Below are positions 14,469 through 28,700 of a stretch of 64,000 nucleotides of DNA, one piece after another; within the stretch, counting starts at the first letter, position 1; every line of letters begins with the position of its first letter. Where the stretch lies: NCBI GenBank assembly GCA_973895155.1, contig OZ316898.1, positions 15,282,330 through 15,346,329 of the forward strand. The letters are read 5' to 3'. Source of the stretch: Marsupella aquatica. Lineage: Eukaryota > Plantae > Marchantiophyta. Under the pieces are notes generated by a model. It saw only the letters and a program-made list of their open reading frames with translations, made no database searches and was not told the DNA's origin. Position numbers and translations under genes: made by a program.

Positions 14469-17037
14469 ATGCTCTTTCAGCTTCCTCTCCGACTTCTAAG
14501 ACATGGAGTCGCCCGAGGTCCGTGGATGGTTCCCATGGTGCAGCAATGGCGCGTCTATACAAAGTTGGCAACAGAGAGTGGCAGTGTGTCGTATCTTCGC
14601 AGCGCACGGACTGGTGTGGAGGTTTATCTTGTGGGGACAGCCCATGTCTCACAGAAGAGTGCAGAAGAAGTTTATCAGGTAATTGCATTTGCATTAGGTT
14701 CATCCGAGATCATTTTTCATCTCGACATTGTCTGACAATAAATTCTGTTCTACAATGAACGACAATATTATACCTTCAATGTTTGTTACATTACCTTCAA
14801 TCGTGAGCAAGGACATACTTTCTCTCCTGCGAGAAGTACCATGAATTTTCCAGAATGTACGTTTTTCTGATTAATTTGTGTTCTCCCAAGGTGAGAACCA
14901 GCAGTCAATTAGGAAAGAAAACCTCATATATTTGGAAAGAGGGAATGTTGGTGTCCTCTAAGAACACCACTAGGTGCTGGCACGTCAGTTTACAAGTCGT
15001 GGAACTCCCTTCTAGTCATGCAGTGGTCAATTTAGAATTCTGGCCATGAACCAAGTGAGGGACATTTCTTTCACTCTTTCTACACCCGAAACTTTCTTCC
15101 AGCTTTTAACATGAATACTCGAATTCAGAATTCAACGTTACTACACTATGATTTATGAAATTGTTGCCTACCTTTGGTAAATTAACTTAGTGGGATCTTA
15201 TTTGCAGGTCATCAATGAAGTAAAGCCTAAAATAGTTGCGGTAAGTTTTTCAAAGTTTACGCAGCCCTCAGGTCGTATGATTTGGGGACTTAGCAGATCA
15301 TTGTGTAGTGTCGGGAGACCGCAGTTCTTTGTAAGCCAATATACATCCTCTTCATCCAGATTGAAATGATTTTCTCCTCTTCACAGGTTGAGCTTTGCCC
15401 ACAACGAGCAAAAAGACTTATGGCAGGGGAGACGAACGAAACACAGAATTTCCTTCGCTCCATTGTTGATGTTTTACAGGGCCCTGGTGGACTTGGCCAG
15501 AAGGTTGTTAATTTCACATTTAAATCTATATATGCGATGCTACGGAACACCGGTATGGAGCCTGGCAAGGAGTTCAAGGTTAGTAATACCTATATCATTT
15601 TCCATCGGACAGTAACAAAACCACATTATTGCTTTGTCAGGGAATGATGGCAAGCATTGCGAAGTTTCGTAATCTCATGTCATGCTTCGGTTGCAACAGG
15701 TTGCATGTGAGGAGGCCCAAAACCTGGGGGCGAAACTTCTTTACATTGATCAAGAATACAAGGTTTGAGCCTAGCTTTGACTCCCGAACTGTTGGGACGG
15801 GATCTGTCAATGAGAGAATTTGTTCTTAGTATCATAAAGGTAGGGAAAGGATTAATTATCGTAGCTCTTCGTCTCTCACGTGTATTAAAATAATTAGTTA
15901 AATGAAGCAACCGTTTCCCAGTACCCTAGCATTCGATGTCCCTCCTCTCTGTTGGCGGCATTCCCTGCTTTATCGTAAAGGAGGTACATTTATAATAGAA
16001 GGAGCCGGCTAGAACATATCATCATGGACATAAGAATGTTAAGGTTGTTCAAACATCAATAAGCGGTTTCAGCTAAACTTAGAGGCGTCCTTGATAGTTA
16101 TTGAACTTGTAGGCTCAGATATCAGTCTACTTGGAATCAGCCGCAGAGACTGTCTAGAAAACTCTGACTACATACTTCGACTAGGCTGCATGACTTATTC
16201 AACCATAGTTGCAATTCTGAGCTCATCCTAGTCTGATTTCTTTGCAGGTGACAATTCAGAGGGTGGTGGATGTCATGACGTACAAGGATGTGTTCAGGCT
16301 TCTGACAAGCCAAAGTGATCTACCTCCAGAGTTGCGTCAGGAATTTGAGTCAGGGAGCTTTGAGGAGGCACTTGAGAAACTAAAGACTAGAGAAAACGTG
16401 AGAGTAACTATGAAATCTATGGAAACTCTGTTCCCAAATTTGGTAAGTCAAGCTGTGCCTTTCACTGATCCAACTGGAACCCTCGTTTAAGTGAGAGTAT
16501 GTTATTCCTGGCAAGCGCTGTCTTATGTTGGTTTTGTGGTCAATGCTTATCGTTAAATTCCAGTAAGTTGCTACCATTTTGTAGAGTATCTTCTATGCTT
16601 ATATTAGCATGTGTAACATCCAAATCAGGCCTAACCAACTACCCATGCTCACTCTTCTACATTTTTGACGGCTCACTTTCTCCGTCAGAAGGCACTGTGG
16701 TTTTGCTAGAAATATACGTGGCAATTTGTTAAAGAGCAATGACTACTGTAATTGATGACTTCATAATCAAAGAAGAAAATATATAGTAGCTCTTTTTCAT
16801 CAAATGGGTTTCGAAATAGCCGTCCTGGGGTGGCACCTGCCATCTGCAGTACGAGTTTGCTGGTGCCATACATCAGGTCCACCTTTGCTCCGGTGGATGC
16901 AGGTCAAGGTCATGATTCATGAGAGAGATAAATTAATGGTGGAGCGATTGCGGGAGTGCAACGGAAAAGTAGTCGGTGTTGTTGGCATGGCTCACATGGA
17001 TGGTATAGAACGCCTTTGGAAGGAACTGGAATCATAA
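14469..17037 (+). CDS. TraB-domain-containing protein (TraB/PrgY/GumN family); 6 exons: 14469-14678, 15208-15240, 15387-15578, 15700-15762, 16248-16442, 16903-17037
   Basis: Family motifs VYLVGTAHVSQKSAEEV, VAVELCPQR, GMEPGKEFKVA, IHERDKLM and VVGVVGMAHMDGI. All introns are GT-AG and in frame. Arg-rich, acid-poor N-terminus suggests an organellar presequence. Confidence 0.92.
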
Positions 17038-19309
17038 TTCTCCAACTTGTCCTACCAAGCAGCTTTAGGATGCCCCAAAGGATGTCGCAGAGACAAATGC
17101 CCTTCATGACAGCTACCCCTTATGTAAGAATCCTTCACTGGAGCTCTTCCTGTCGAGGTTTTAATTATGAACTTATTATTTGCAGTCCGTGAGTTAATAA
17201 AGCAGATTATCTTCATGCTAAGCATTGCTGTGATTTTATAGTGAGAGAAATTTAGACTGAGAAAGCTTTAATGAGAGCCTCCAAACCAAATTGTGGATTA
17301 AATGAAGAACCTGTTGATGTGCAGTTATCTGATTTGGTTCCCAAGAAATGGGAGGTGCAGGAGGGCTGAGGTTTTGTTCTCTGAGGTCTTTACAAGTCTG
17401 TCCGTTTCTGACTCAGATTGTTGTGCTAACTCTAAAATAAAAGTTCCTGGACTTCCATATGCCGCACGGCAAAAGGCATCTGGCTGGATCAAAGCCACAT
17501 CACATTTGTCTGGATCGTGAATGTTATCAATCTCGGTATCAAACTAGTTCCCTATCTGAAGGAACGAAGTGAAAGTTGTAGCTTGCAAAGTCAGACTTCA
17601 AAGGAAGCAACTTTCAGAATTAGTACGTGGGTCTACCTAAATTCCAGCAATCTCAGACTGTCAAACCAAGAGCCCATTCCCCACAGGCCAACTGCACGTG
17701 ACGGATCCGAGTTGTTTGCACCACAAAAAAACGTGTATATTAAAGTTCAAGTTCTCATGGTTTTGAGTGCCAATAGTATTTTAGATTAAGAATGGAAACC
17801 CGTTTGAACAAGTTTAAAAACAGAGGTGAGAGTCCTGGCTGAAGTGTGCTTGTTCAGGACGTATCAGATCCATCGCCATACAGGAAATTCGGTGTCCAAT
17901 CCAACAAATGATGCTTGATGCCTTCTGAATAAAAGATAAATCCATGGTTTGCAGACGAGTGAACTAACCTGTGCAGTTAGTCTCCAAGTGAGCCTTGCCG
18001 GAGGCCACGATCAGCACAGGTCATCAGCCCTTCACATCATATCCTCCGATTAACGTTTAATATCTTGTACTAGACGGTGCTAGTTCACACTACATTATTT
18101 AGTTAATGGTGACGTAGTGAAAACAATCGCATGGTTCTGTTTTCCAAGGAGCCACAATCCTTATTTCAAACCTTTACAAGTTACTATGACACCAACAATA
18201 TCATTATTGTTTTCAGACCCCTTTCTCATGTTTTGTGCCCATCAGAAATGATTCTAAAGCACAACCCCCACTTATTAAAGGATCCCTACAACAAAATCCT
18301 ACAAACCAGGATTTGATTAAAGACCAATAGAAATAAGTTCCCACCAGAGATTCAAAACAGGATTTTATGATCCACAAATATTGGCCTTTGGCAGTCAAAT
18401 GGAGTATGTAAATTTGAAAATGTTTTCAATTGAGGCTTGGTCAAACGGACTACCCCAAAACAAGCTCGGCCATTCAACCAACAGGTTATAGTTTTCCAGA
18501 TTTGGACATGTCCTCGAAGTGAGATAAAACTCAATGGATTTCACATTTCCCTAACCCCAAACGAACTTTGAGTATAATTGAAGGGGTATTTTTTACTGAA
18601 GTTGGATATGTTTGTGGACAGTTTTGTAGGCAGAACTCAGCTCAATTGACGAAGCTGCAAAGAAACTTCTGCAGGCTTCAGAGCTTTCAAACTAAGAGCA
18701 ACCCCACCCGTGGCCTTCAATCACATCGCATTGGGCAGACTACTGAGTCCTTCCGGCAGCTGACCTCTAGAGAGACAATTAGGCTGGATGGGTTCCGCAC
18801 CCATACCCTGCACACATCCCACAAGTCCATTTGGCGAGCCATTTGGCAGCACGGGACCATGGGAGGCCCAACATCATCATGGCCAACAGGGGGCAACCTC
18901 ACCTCGTAGCAGGCACGATCCAAAATTCCACCCCTTCAGTCAGTATGACTTTGTCCGTCTGCTTTGGAGCCCACAACTGCCTGCCAGTAGAGAAAAGTTG
19001 GCAGGGGTGACACTTCGACTTTGGTGACTTGGGCTGACAATGCAATTTCTGCAGTGGACCACCCCAGTTCCCTGATGGGTGGGGATGGTGAAAATTTGCT
19101 AGATTCCACCTCTTGGAAAAGGTCCGTCCCTTTGGCAAAACCATTGGTATGTTTTTTGTCATCCTATAGCAATTTCCCCACCTAGCCACCGGTCTCACTA
19201 GTCAACATCTAACTGGTATCCTTAATTTTAGGGAGACTTGACTGCCACAAACTAATCTAAGAAAATTAGATAAAGAATCTTCTTAGCATCTTGTCCTTCA
19301 CATAAATTA

Positions 19310-19743
19310 GACATTCATGCTCTACTATTCGTGGAGGAGGTTATCATGCAAGGATTCGACAATTTCATCCAAGCAGGTGATTATGTTTATTTGCAGCAGA
19401 CACCACCAACAACACTTGATGTGACCGTAGGTCGGACCATTTTTGTGTGTGCATGAAGTGTCACTTTCTGGTGTCTTGATGTTGGAGGGACGTGATGGTA
19501 TGGTTTGGAAGGATCATGTGTGCAATTGTGCACCATGTCATCTTCCAAACATTGATGGTACAATGGATCCAAGCTTAGCACATGTTTGTGTTGGTTTAAA
19601 GTGTATGTTGTGTGGATCTGCTCAAGGACCACCTACTATGTTGATTTATGATAAGTGTTCTAGAGGATGGCACATGTCGTGTTTGACGGTCACCATTGCC
19701 GGAGATTCCTAGTGGATCATGGCTGTGTCCTTGGTGTCGGTGA
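19310..19743 (+). pseudogene. Ty3/gypsy pol 3' end remnant (post-integrase region) with C-terminal PHD finger, frameshifted
   Basis: Joined frames read IRGGGYHARIRQF..GDYVYLQQTPPTTLDVTVGRTI.CVHEV..SGVLMLEGRDG..WKDHVCNCAPCHLPNIDG...CMLCGS....MLIYDKCSRGWHMSCL...PEIPSGSWLCPWC. A G-rich PPT-like tract follows at ~19907-19915. Confidence 0.75.
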
Positions 19744-19917
19744 CGCCGACTAGTTATCATTTGTGTTCTCTTGGCAGATATGGATTGCAGGTAGGTGATC
19801 GATGGGGCTCACTTGCATCCGGCCTCCTGATCTTCACACCTGAAAAGGTTTATATCAACCTTGTAGAACTCATGGCTAGCTAGAGTTAGGGGACCTTACT
19901 CCCAACTAGGGGGGCAA

Positions 19918-20834
19918 TTATGGGTTTTGGACATGTGTGGACATGAGTTCCACTTGTACTCCATTCTCTTGTGTTTGTGATGTGGCAGTGTGACTATGTC
20001 TGGATGTATGTAACAAGCGATGTATGTTGTGTAGCGATGTGTATGCGCACGATAGCTGTCACACCATTCTAGGTAGTGTTAGAGTGTATTGTACTATCTA
20101 GATCTGTATGTTTGGTATGTGTACTATATGAGCCGATAAGGTTCTATTAGGTTTGTGTGAGAGGGTAGTTCTCTCTTGTGAGGCATCAAAAGGTTATCTT
20201 TCAATGTTGAGCCTTGGAGAGAGGAGCTCGTGTTGTGACTATGGTGGTTGGAGCTCTTTCTATGTAGCGTGGATTCCTTGAGTGCAAGGTGTGTTGGCTT
20301 GACATATGTGTGTGATCGGATCGGACGGGATCGAGTGCGTATTATTGGCGTCAATCATGGTTTGTTTGGATTTAGATTATTGTGGGATTTTGACATGTGT
20401 GGACATGAGTTCCACTTGTATTCCATTCTCTTTTGTTTGTGATGTGGCAGTGTGACTATGTCTGGATGTATGTGACAAGCAATATATGTTGTGTAGCAAT
20501 GTGTATGCGCACGACAAAGTTAACCCAAGACTAGAGTAAATTATAGGTGAGAGTATACCCTTCTGAGAGCACTTCATTGTGCACATACTTAGATATCAAT
20601 TTCAAGAGTAGAGACTCAAAGAGAGAAGAGGATTATCATAGAGTAGCTTGTGAGCTTGCCAGGCAATGGCGGATGTACTGGTTTGTGCATAAGGATTCTT
20701 CTCTTGGCCGTGGACGTAGCCCAGACACTGACAATGAACCATGTATCTTTGTGTCAGTGTTGATTTCTTGTTTAGGTTGGTTCTTAGTGATGTTGTGTTG
20801 TGCAATAATTCCCCACCATTCCCACCTAGTCACA
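19918..20834 (+). mobile_element. 3' LTR region with a duplicated LTR start (~135-bp direct repeat at ~19920-20052 and 20381-20514)
   Basis: Lies just after the PPT. Near-identical repeat TGGG.TTT.GACATGTGTGGACATGAGTTCCACTTG...GTGTATGCGCACGA. The second copy starts TGTGGG and the block ends ...CCTAGTCACA. Confidence 0.65.
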
Positions 20835-22739
20835 AACTCCATTAGCCAGAATGTGATTGCTACCCTCAAGTCTAGGGAGATTTAACAGTCAAAAATCATT
20901 CTAGGAAAAATTATATAAGGAACATTGTTAGCATCTTCTTCACACAGGTGACATTGGCCACATTGCAAATGAGGAAATATATTAAGATAGCTCTTGCTTG
21001 TAGAGGTATATGCTTGATGGAACCCTTTCCAAAAGAAATTTAGGTGATAGGCCCTTACAAAACTTTTGTTACAAACTAGGCCCCCTCCGATAGTTTTGTG
21101 TCAAATTTTCTTGTAACATTCCTCTGAGGAGTTTTAGTTTGATACTATCACCAATAAGAGCTATAATTGTGAAGTTTAGAGTCAAACCGAGAGTCAAGCC
21201 ATGCTTAATGACAAATACACCATTGGGGGACCCGCCTAGTAATGGCCGCCGTTGTGCAATTTGGGAGTTCCTAAGTGAAGACAATATGGTTCATGTCTTC
21301 ATGTTTTAATTTTGTCTTTAGGTTTTCACGAAACCTATGCATAGGGTTTGCATGATGTTTAGACGTTTCTATTTGTTCTTTTGTCTAAGTACGGAATGAT
21401 TCCCTCTACTTTTGGCCATTGGTCCCTATTGCAATGTTTACAAATTGTCTTCTCAAATCTAGACCCCTAATTTGTCTAAGTATGGAAGGAACCAAAAATC
21501 TTTTACTCTTGGCTGTTTTCACTTGTTGCAACACCTTGACATATTAACACCCTGTGTGAAACAAAGCCACCATGGACTCAATCATAACGGGAAAAATTCT
21601 GCTAGCCTACAGGAACTAGACTAAATATCTAGACTAAATATTGTATGATCCCACTGTCCTCTAGCGATGGATCCCTTAAAACTCTATAATCATGTGAATA
21701 CATAATCCTTTATATCTTCAAGCATAGGCATATTCTATAATCATTTGAAGACAATCCATTATGTCTTTAAGCATAGACATACGCACGGTGGACTGTGATG
21801 CAACGTGCAATGGATTTCAGTGGGAAATGTACACTTTACCATGCATTTAGGCACCACATAAGAACCATGTGCACGAAACCTATGTAGGGGGCGTAGTTGG
21901 TAACAACATTTTTGTGGGGAGCGTATTTTTGGCAGCTTGGCTTTTTCATCAGACCGGTGCGCTGCGGGTGATGATCGGTTGTTGCTAGGGGATCATGTTT
22001 TTATGAGCCTTTTTACGGAGGTTTTGGTTACCAGAAGTGTACACTGAGCTCTTAAGTTGGTTTTAGGGATTCGGGTTAGCTTGGAGGCGGCTTTTTGGGG
22101 TGGAAGCTGAGCTAAGTTTGGGGGAAGGAGAGTGCAAAAGGGGTTGCAAAGTTCAGAGTTGTGTGCTAGCAGGATTGTTTGGTGACGCTGCATAAGACAT
22201 CTCCAAAAGAGGAGGACAAGACGTGCAAATCAACAAGGGCCGAGGGTTTTTGCTGTAGTGAAGAATTGTGAAGAGGAAGAGTGGGGGCAACTGTTAAGAG
22301 AAGTGGATGGAGATTAACAAGAGTTGAGCCTGCGTAGACAGGCTACGAGCTTAAGGCATTAGCAAACCGACTATTGTAAGCTGACGCGACACGGGCTTTA
22401 AGGTAGAGAAAGGAGAGTAGCAGCTACAAGGGCCTGCATCAAATGAGGTGCACTACGTTTCAAACCAAAGGAAAAGGGGAGCAAACATTGTTGTTCGTCT
22501 AAATACTGATAATCCAAAGGAGTAAGAACAAGTTAAGAGAAGATATCAGGGCATTTCTATGCCAACGGGATCCGGGACAATCTTCCTTTCTGCTGACAAA
22601 CTGAGAGATTCGACAGCCACAGTGGGCTGCTCAAGTGGTGAAGATTGACCCGAGAGGAGAGGAGGTCGTCCGACATCTAAAGGTGAGATTGACTGTTTTC
22701 TCAACTTTCTTGGGAGCAAGGATAGTCAATTCAAGCAAG

Positions 22740-24462
22740 CCTATGGATTATGATGGTGCACGCGTAGGGGAAGAGCAGGCCTTGCACCCAATTATATAGA
22801 AAGAGAGAACTATGCTTCTCAGGGAGCTCCGGAATCATACAGCAGACCGGACTCACGCAGCATGCCCTTTCAAGGCGGTGGTTGCTATTCTCAGGCAAAC
22901 TCCTTTAGGCGAACACCTTTTGTCCTGCAGCGACCGTATGACATCTTTGAGAATCCAAACCAGCCACGGGAGCCATATTTGAAAAGGACCTGGCAGCAAG
23001 AGAATCAAAATGCAGGGGGTTTTAGATTTGAGCCAATTAGGACGCAGCATCAGCCGACTGGTAGTCAGTCGGCAACTGAATGGAATGCGGACACGGCTCC
23101 TAGTGAGAGATCTCCGACCCCACCAACATCTAACATACCAGCCAATCAGCGAGAGAGGACTGCAATCAAAAAGAATGCTACATCTGGTCAAGGGCGGGCG
23201 ATGGAAGCAATAACTGAGGATTTCATCAACATTCTCAAAGAAATCGGGGAGGTTTCTAAAGGGGACTGGAGTACAAAACTTGTTGCGACAGTGGAATGGA
23301 CACTGGAGGAGGCGGCCAACAATGTTTGACAGTTGTATAACTGCGCTATGTTGTGTTATTTTATGGATAGAGCGCCAATGTTGCCCGTCTTTAGAGCTTG
23401 GGTAGAGGAAATGATGGTCTATGGCAGGAATTGGCCGGTCTTGCAAGTGAAATTTGTGGGAAAAAATTTCTACCTCATTTTGTCTTTGAAATGCTAACCA
23501 CAAAGATTTAGCTCTTTCGGCTGCGCCTTGGTATGTCAAACGCAAACTTGTATTCACCTTCCCATGGGAACCTTCGATATTTGCACAGAAAGATACACTA
23601 AGCTTCCAGTATGGATTGAGTTGCCATTTCGTGCACTGGTATTGGAAGGCTGTCGGATCAAGATTGTTGAATCCTTGGGCAAGCTACTGCACTACATTCA
23701 GGGTGACAAGTACAGCTTGTATCCCCACAATAGAGCATGTACTCTATGGGACACTGAACGAGAAGTGCCATTCAGTGCGCGGGTTAAGATTTGCGAAGAT
23801 ATAAGCATTTGGCAACCAATTCAATTTAAGAATATACTGTTCCATTGTTTCAAATGTAACAAGAAGGGTCATGTTGCTCGCAAATGCAGAGAAGGTATGG
23901 ATGAGGTGGTGGCCCCTGAGGAAGAGCATCATGGGGATGAGGACAAAGCACTTTCCCTTGATGAAAAGGATGAAGAGGCTGAAGGGGATCCGGAAGAGGT
24001 GTTAAGGAATCAATTGGCAAGGAATTTACGGGCCAAAAATGGGGGACACCGGGCTACCCCAGAGGAGGGTCTGACAGAGATGGAGATAGTCACAACAGAC
24101 AAAGCGCGAGAGCACACAAATATGGAACCTACACAAGGAGGGGAGGACTTAGGCAAAAATCAACCAAAGTTAAGGGAAGAGCCCACTACAGTGGAATCCG
24201 AGTAGAATCTCAAAACAATATATGCTTTTGCTCCTAAGAGGAGAGACCTTTCCTCTTTGCTTGTAGCGACTGTAGCTACCTTATTAGATACAACCATGAA
24301 TCGAATGGCAGAGCCAAAGCATATATGTTTGTCTGAGAACTCATCTGTGCGATCCAGCTCTCCCTCAAGGAGGGAGGACCAGGGGGCTTTCTCATACCAC
24401 GGGGATTCAAAAGCTGATCTGGACATGCCAGAATATGAAGCTTACATCTCTAGCAAAGATAC
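22740..24462 (+). pseudogene. L1-type LINE ORF1 remnant (DUF4283-like region + CCHC zinc knuckle)
   Basis: FRAWVEE...WPVLQVKFVGKNFYLI, LPVWIELPFRAL, IVESLGKLL, WQPIQFKN..HCFKCNKKGHVARKC. Several stops and frameshifts. Cut at ~24463 by a CACTA end. Confidence 0.85.
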
Positions 24463-25708
24463 TACTACATATTCGGTCATTTTGTGAAGCTTATTTCTTA
24501 GCCCCTCGGAGATTTGCCATTCAAAACACATTGCAACGGTTGCAAAACAACACGCTTCGCAACTTGCAATGCCCATTTCATCGCAAAACCAGGTTGCAAT
24601 GTCAATGGCTTCGCTAACTGCATGCAAAACTAATCACATTGTATACTAAAGCGAAACGTCTAAAATGCGAGACCTGTGTAAGAAGGCGCCGCTATCGCTC
24701 CGCACTTCCGAACCTTTCCGCTTTATACTGTTACCAAACCGTTTTCATGGCAAACCAGTTTTGATTTAAATGGCTTCGCTAATTTAACGAAGGTGAGAGA
24801 ATGACACGTTTGCGATGGTGTGAGCTTTAGAGACATTACGAAACAGATAATATGGAAGAATTACCATATGAAAGCCATGGATAAATTACGAATTTGTTGT
24901 AATGGGTCTTTTGAGATTAAACTAGAATGGACAGATTGAGAAGCAATTCATGTCGCAAGTTAGGGAAACGCATAGTATGGAAAAAGTCTATAACGTATTG
25001 CATGGCCATTTTGTGAAGCCGTTGAGATGAATTCATGTTCGCAAATTACTCGCAAACTTTGAACCAACTTATATGAAGAAAAAACACCAAGGTAGAATGG
25101 TTGGAGGGAGGAGGGAGGAGCCTGGAGGTTCAAGGATGCAAAGGGGGAGTTTAGGGTGGTTATGGGTCATATTGGCAAAATAAGGAAGGAGAGAGAAAAC
25201 AAGTATGTCTATGTTGAAAATGTATAGTGTAAAATAGACATAAATTATCAATCACTATATGTGTCATATAGATCATTTCAAATTAAACCGTCAAATGGAA
25301 ATATAGAAATGCTTTATGTATATAATAACCAAGAAGTATGACATGCGTAATAGTCTAGGCTTGGACCAAAGTGTATATATATATACATATCCCTCACACT
25401 TGGTCCTCACCTTCAGGGTCATCTAGGTTTGATACAACAATTATATCTGGTTTTTCTGAAACAATGGATCGAGACCGTGGCACACATGTGATGACCAGCG
25501 ACCACTCTAGGTCGGGGGGGTATGGAATGTAGAAACACTGCTCTACATGAGCTGGGAAAGTAAATGGTTCTGATATTTGCCAATGAGATGCCTGGAAACT
25601 AGTGGCAGATGTCTTCAACCATGTGAACCCACTCTCATCTTGAAGTACAGTTCGATTTTGACCAGCAAGATTTACTTTGAACCACTTGCACTTCAAGACA
25701 TATTCCAC
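24463..25708 (-). mobile_element. Truncated CACTA (En/Spm) element: terminus plus transposase 3' fragment (DUF4216-like, 25394-25708)
   Basis: Terminus TACTACATATTCGG (CACTAC with C>T). Clustered subterminal (GC)TTCGC(A/T)A motifs. The ORF VLKCKWFK...VLQDESGFTW...SEPFTFPAHVEQCFY...EWSLVI...PRSR parallels the C-terminus of the intact TnpD at 47737-48496. Confidence 0.75.
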
Positions 25709-25709
25709 A

Positions 25710-28700
25710 ACGCAGTATCCTCTCAGTCAAGTTGAGCTTCCTTGTCCAAAACCGAGGCGATTGAAAATGGAACATGTTGGTGAGTTTGCCGTTCAGAATG
25801 TCGATGACATTGAGAAATTGGTGGTCGATGTCATTGAAAAGCACGTGATGTCGTTTGGAGTTGATGCAAATGGGTTACCAAAGGAGCCTCCTTTATGTCA
25901 TCTCGTTCACATGGAGGTTGTACGCACTCTTCAGAGGAACAGTCAGTCGATTGAGAAGCTGAAGGACTCATTCCGGACATCTGGATACAATTTGTCCATT
26001 GGCATGCGCTTTTTTGTTCAGCCATCCAACGCTGAAGGTAATCCACAAATTTGTACAGATGAAATTTGGGGCACTTGGGATCCTCTTTGGATCAGAACCA
26101 GTTGTTTGAAGCGGAATGTGAATCAGACCCTGCTTTCCACGTCCTCAAAGACAAAATGTTCTATGTTTTTGATGGAAATCATCGGTTGTTTTCGTGGACT
26201 CAAGTCACAAATGAGAGTCCAGAGAATCCTAAGTATCATCCTCGCGTGCAATGCACAATTTTCAAAGGAGACAAGGCATCAATCATCGAGATTGAGGCAG
26301 CGATGCATATTGTTAACCAATGAGTTTACTTTCACCACCAACTACTCTTCCCAAATTTGATTGTTTCCCTTCAACAATTTCTCCCTTTTTTCAGGTTGTG
26401 TTGTTAGGTTAGCGCCAGGCGCTATTTCTAATGTCCTCAATTTCATAGGACGGGACGGGCAGTGGTAGAGTCTTCTTGGATTTTGGATGCGGACAGAATC
26501 AGGAGGATTTTGGCTCATGATCTGGAGTACTACAAACCCATAATTGATGAGGCAAATTATGCAAAATTTGAGAAGACGAGGAAAGGAACCCGAAAGGGTT
26601 TGTGGTTTACCAAGAAGATGCCGATGGAGGCGTTGGTATACATCTTGTATGAAAACAAGATCAAATCGTACTCGCAGCAATTTCAGGTGATGAAGAACCA
26701 GGCGAGCAATTTTGGCGCTCCATGGTTGGTCAAAGAGACGAATCTTTGACACAGTCAGATGATGAAGGAAGCCACTAAGGAGTGGACCGTCAAAACTCCG
26801 AAGCTCACTTCCTTGCTAAGCCCAGAGTTTGAAGATTTCATGGACACTTGCGCTGAGATGTATTGTCTTACAGATCGACTCAAATGTGAAAAGGTCCCTG
26901 AAGCTGTATTCTGCACCATGGATAGAGCTCGCTTGTTCACTGCCAATTTGACATTAGATCCAAAATTGCGAAGTACATTGCTTGTTGCACATTGTACTCC
27001 CGAGTTAAGGAAACAGTTTTTCCATCCACTCAAAGTATCGGACGACCCCGTGAAGCAGTGGTGCCACACCTGGCATGTTTGGAACACGATTGAGGGGATA
27101 GCAACTACTCTCCTCAAGGCATGTTTGAAGGAGGCTATGGGTTCATGCACCGAACAACGTCTTACAACACTAGGTGGAGAACTGATTCCCTTTGAGAAGT
27201 TGAAGGCTTTGATTGTAGATGATTTTAGAAAGTATGGGGATTCCGTAAGGGCCAACTTTTTCAACACTATTTAGGAGTCCAAGTACGCTGACAAGGAGGA
27301 TTTGAGTGAAGTGAACCGTAAGAGAGCCAAGAGATATTTGTATCGATACTATGTGAAAATGGAGAGGAGTGACCCGAGCTATTTTTGGGCTTATCCTGGT
27401 GCCTTCCAGAAATGGGCCATTGTGAATTTGAGGTCCAAAGCGTTTGGAGACTTTCTTGGGTACACCATGTATCCACCGGAGGGAAAGTTTCCCCCAAGGA
27501 AAATGGCAAAGTGGGAGGTTTTGCATTGTCCGTGGTATCTTGACACAGACAAGTGGAATTCATCGTTTGATGAGAGAGAGAAAGATGCTTTTCACAAGTT
27601 ATCAAAGAATTTGGAGCCCAGAAACATTTTGTAAGAGATGAAGCAGGGAATTGATGCCAAGATTGATCTCTCGGCGATAGAGCTCCAACGGATTTGTGAG
27701 ACGCAAGTCATCCAAGTTGCAAGGAGTCAAAAACCAAGAGCAAAACCCAAGCAAGAAACAACCCCAAGTGGATCTCAAAAAGAGACCAAAAAAAGTGAGT
27801 TCCTAATTTTGTAGCTTCAACTCTTCATAATTGTCAATGTTTTATTTGGCTAGCGCTAGGTGCTGTTATTAATGTAATAATTTCTCTAGCAGGATCTCGG
27901 AAATTGGATGCGGGGTTGGTGTCGGGTAATGCTTTGACTGCAACTCCAAAGCCTTCTCGTGACAACAGTCTTGGGAAGGATGAGGATCCGCCAGAGGGGT
28001 TGGAGACCCCGGAGGATGTGAGTGCTCCGCCAGTGGACACCACGAGCACTAGGAAGAAGAAGAAACGTCGCGTTTCTACTTCCGGTGGGTCTCACAGGGA
28101 AATGCTTGCGGCGACTGGTTTACAGAGGAATGTGGGGGACTTCAAGGGGAATAAAACCAGGCACACATTCGTGGAGTCTACCTTGGCAGAGTTCTACGAT
28201 AGTGTGTTTCAAAGGGAAGAGAAGCCATCTTGGGTTTCTTAGGTAGAGGCCTGGGTAAAGAATCTTGTGAAGTCGGGTTCTTGGTCGAAGGGGGTTATTA
28301 GAGGTGGAAAAGTTAGGGCATTTGGTGTCGATGCTGGATTTCTATATTTGCCTACCGGATTGAGGTCATCACTTTTTGACAAGAAAGTCCCAAAATGGAA
28401 TCTTCAAGACCACTCTCTCCCTAGGGCTTTCTTTAGCGCAATGGACCCTTTCCTATCGGACGACGGACTTCTGGCTATTCTTCACACTGGAGAATATGAC
28501 CAGATTTTGGAAGTGATATCTGCATGCCAGCAGTTGCAAAAGTTTGATTGTATTGCATTGTATACAATTGTCATGGGGTTTCCTTGTACAAACCTAAGTC
28601 TGACACTCAGGTAATTAATGATATCCATTTTGGCTAGCGCCAGGCGCTTATCTTGTATATCGTTCATTTTGACCAGCGCCAGGCGCTAATCTATGTCTTT

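Noticed and set aside
17850-18060. Exon-like pieces on the minus strand, one frame reading FVGLDTEFP (CAF1-like)
   Set aside because: Too short, followed by a stop, and no other deadenylase motifs nearby.
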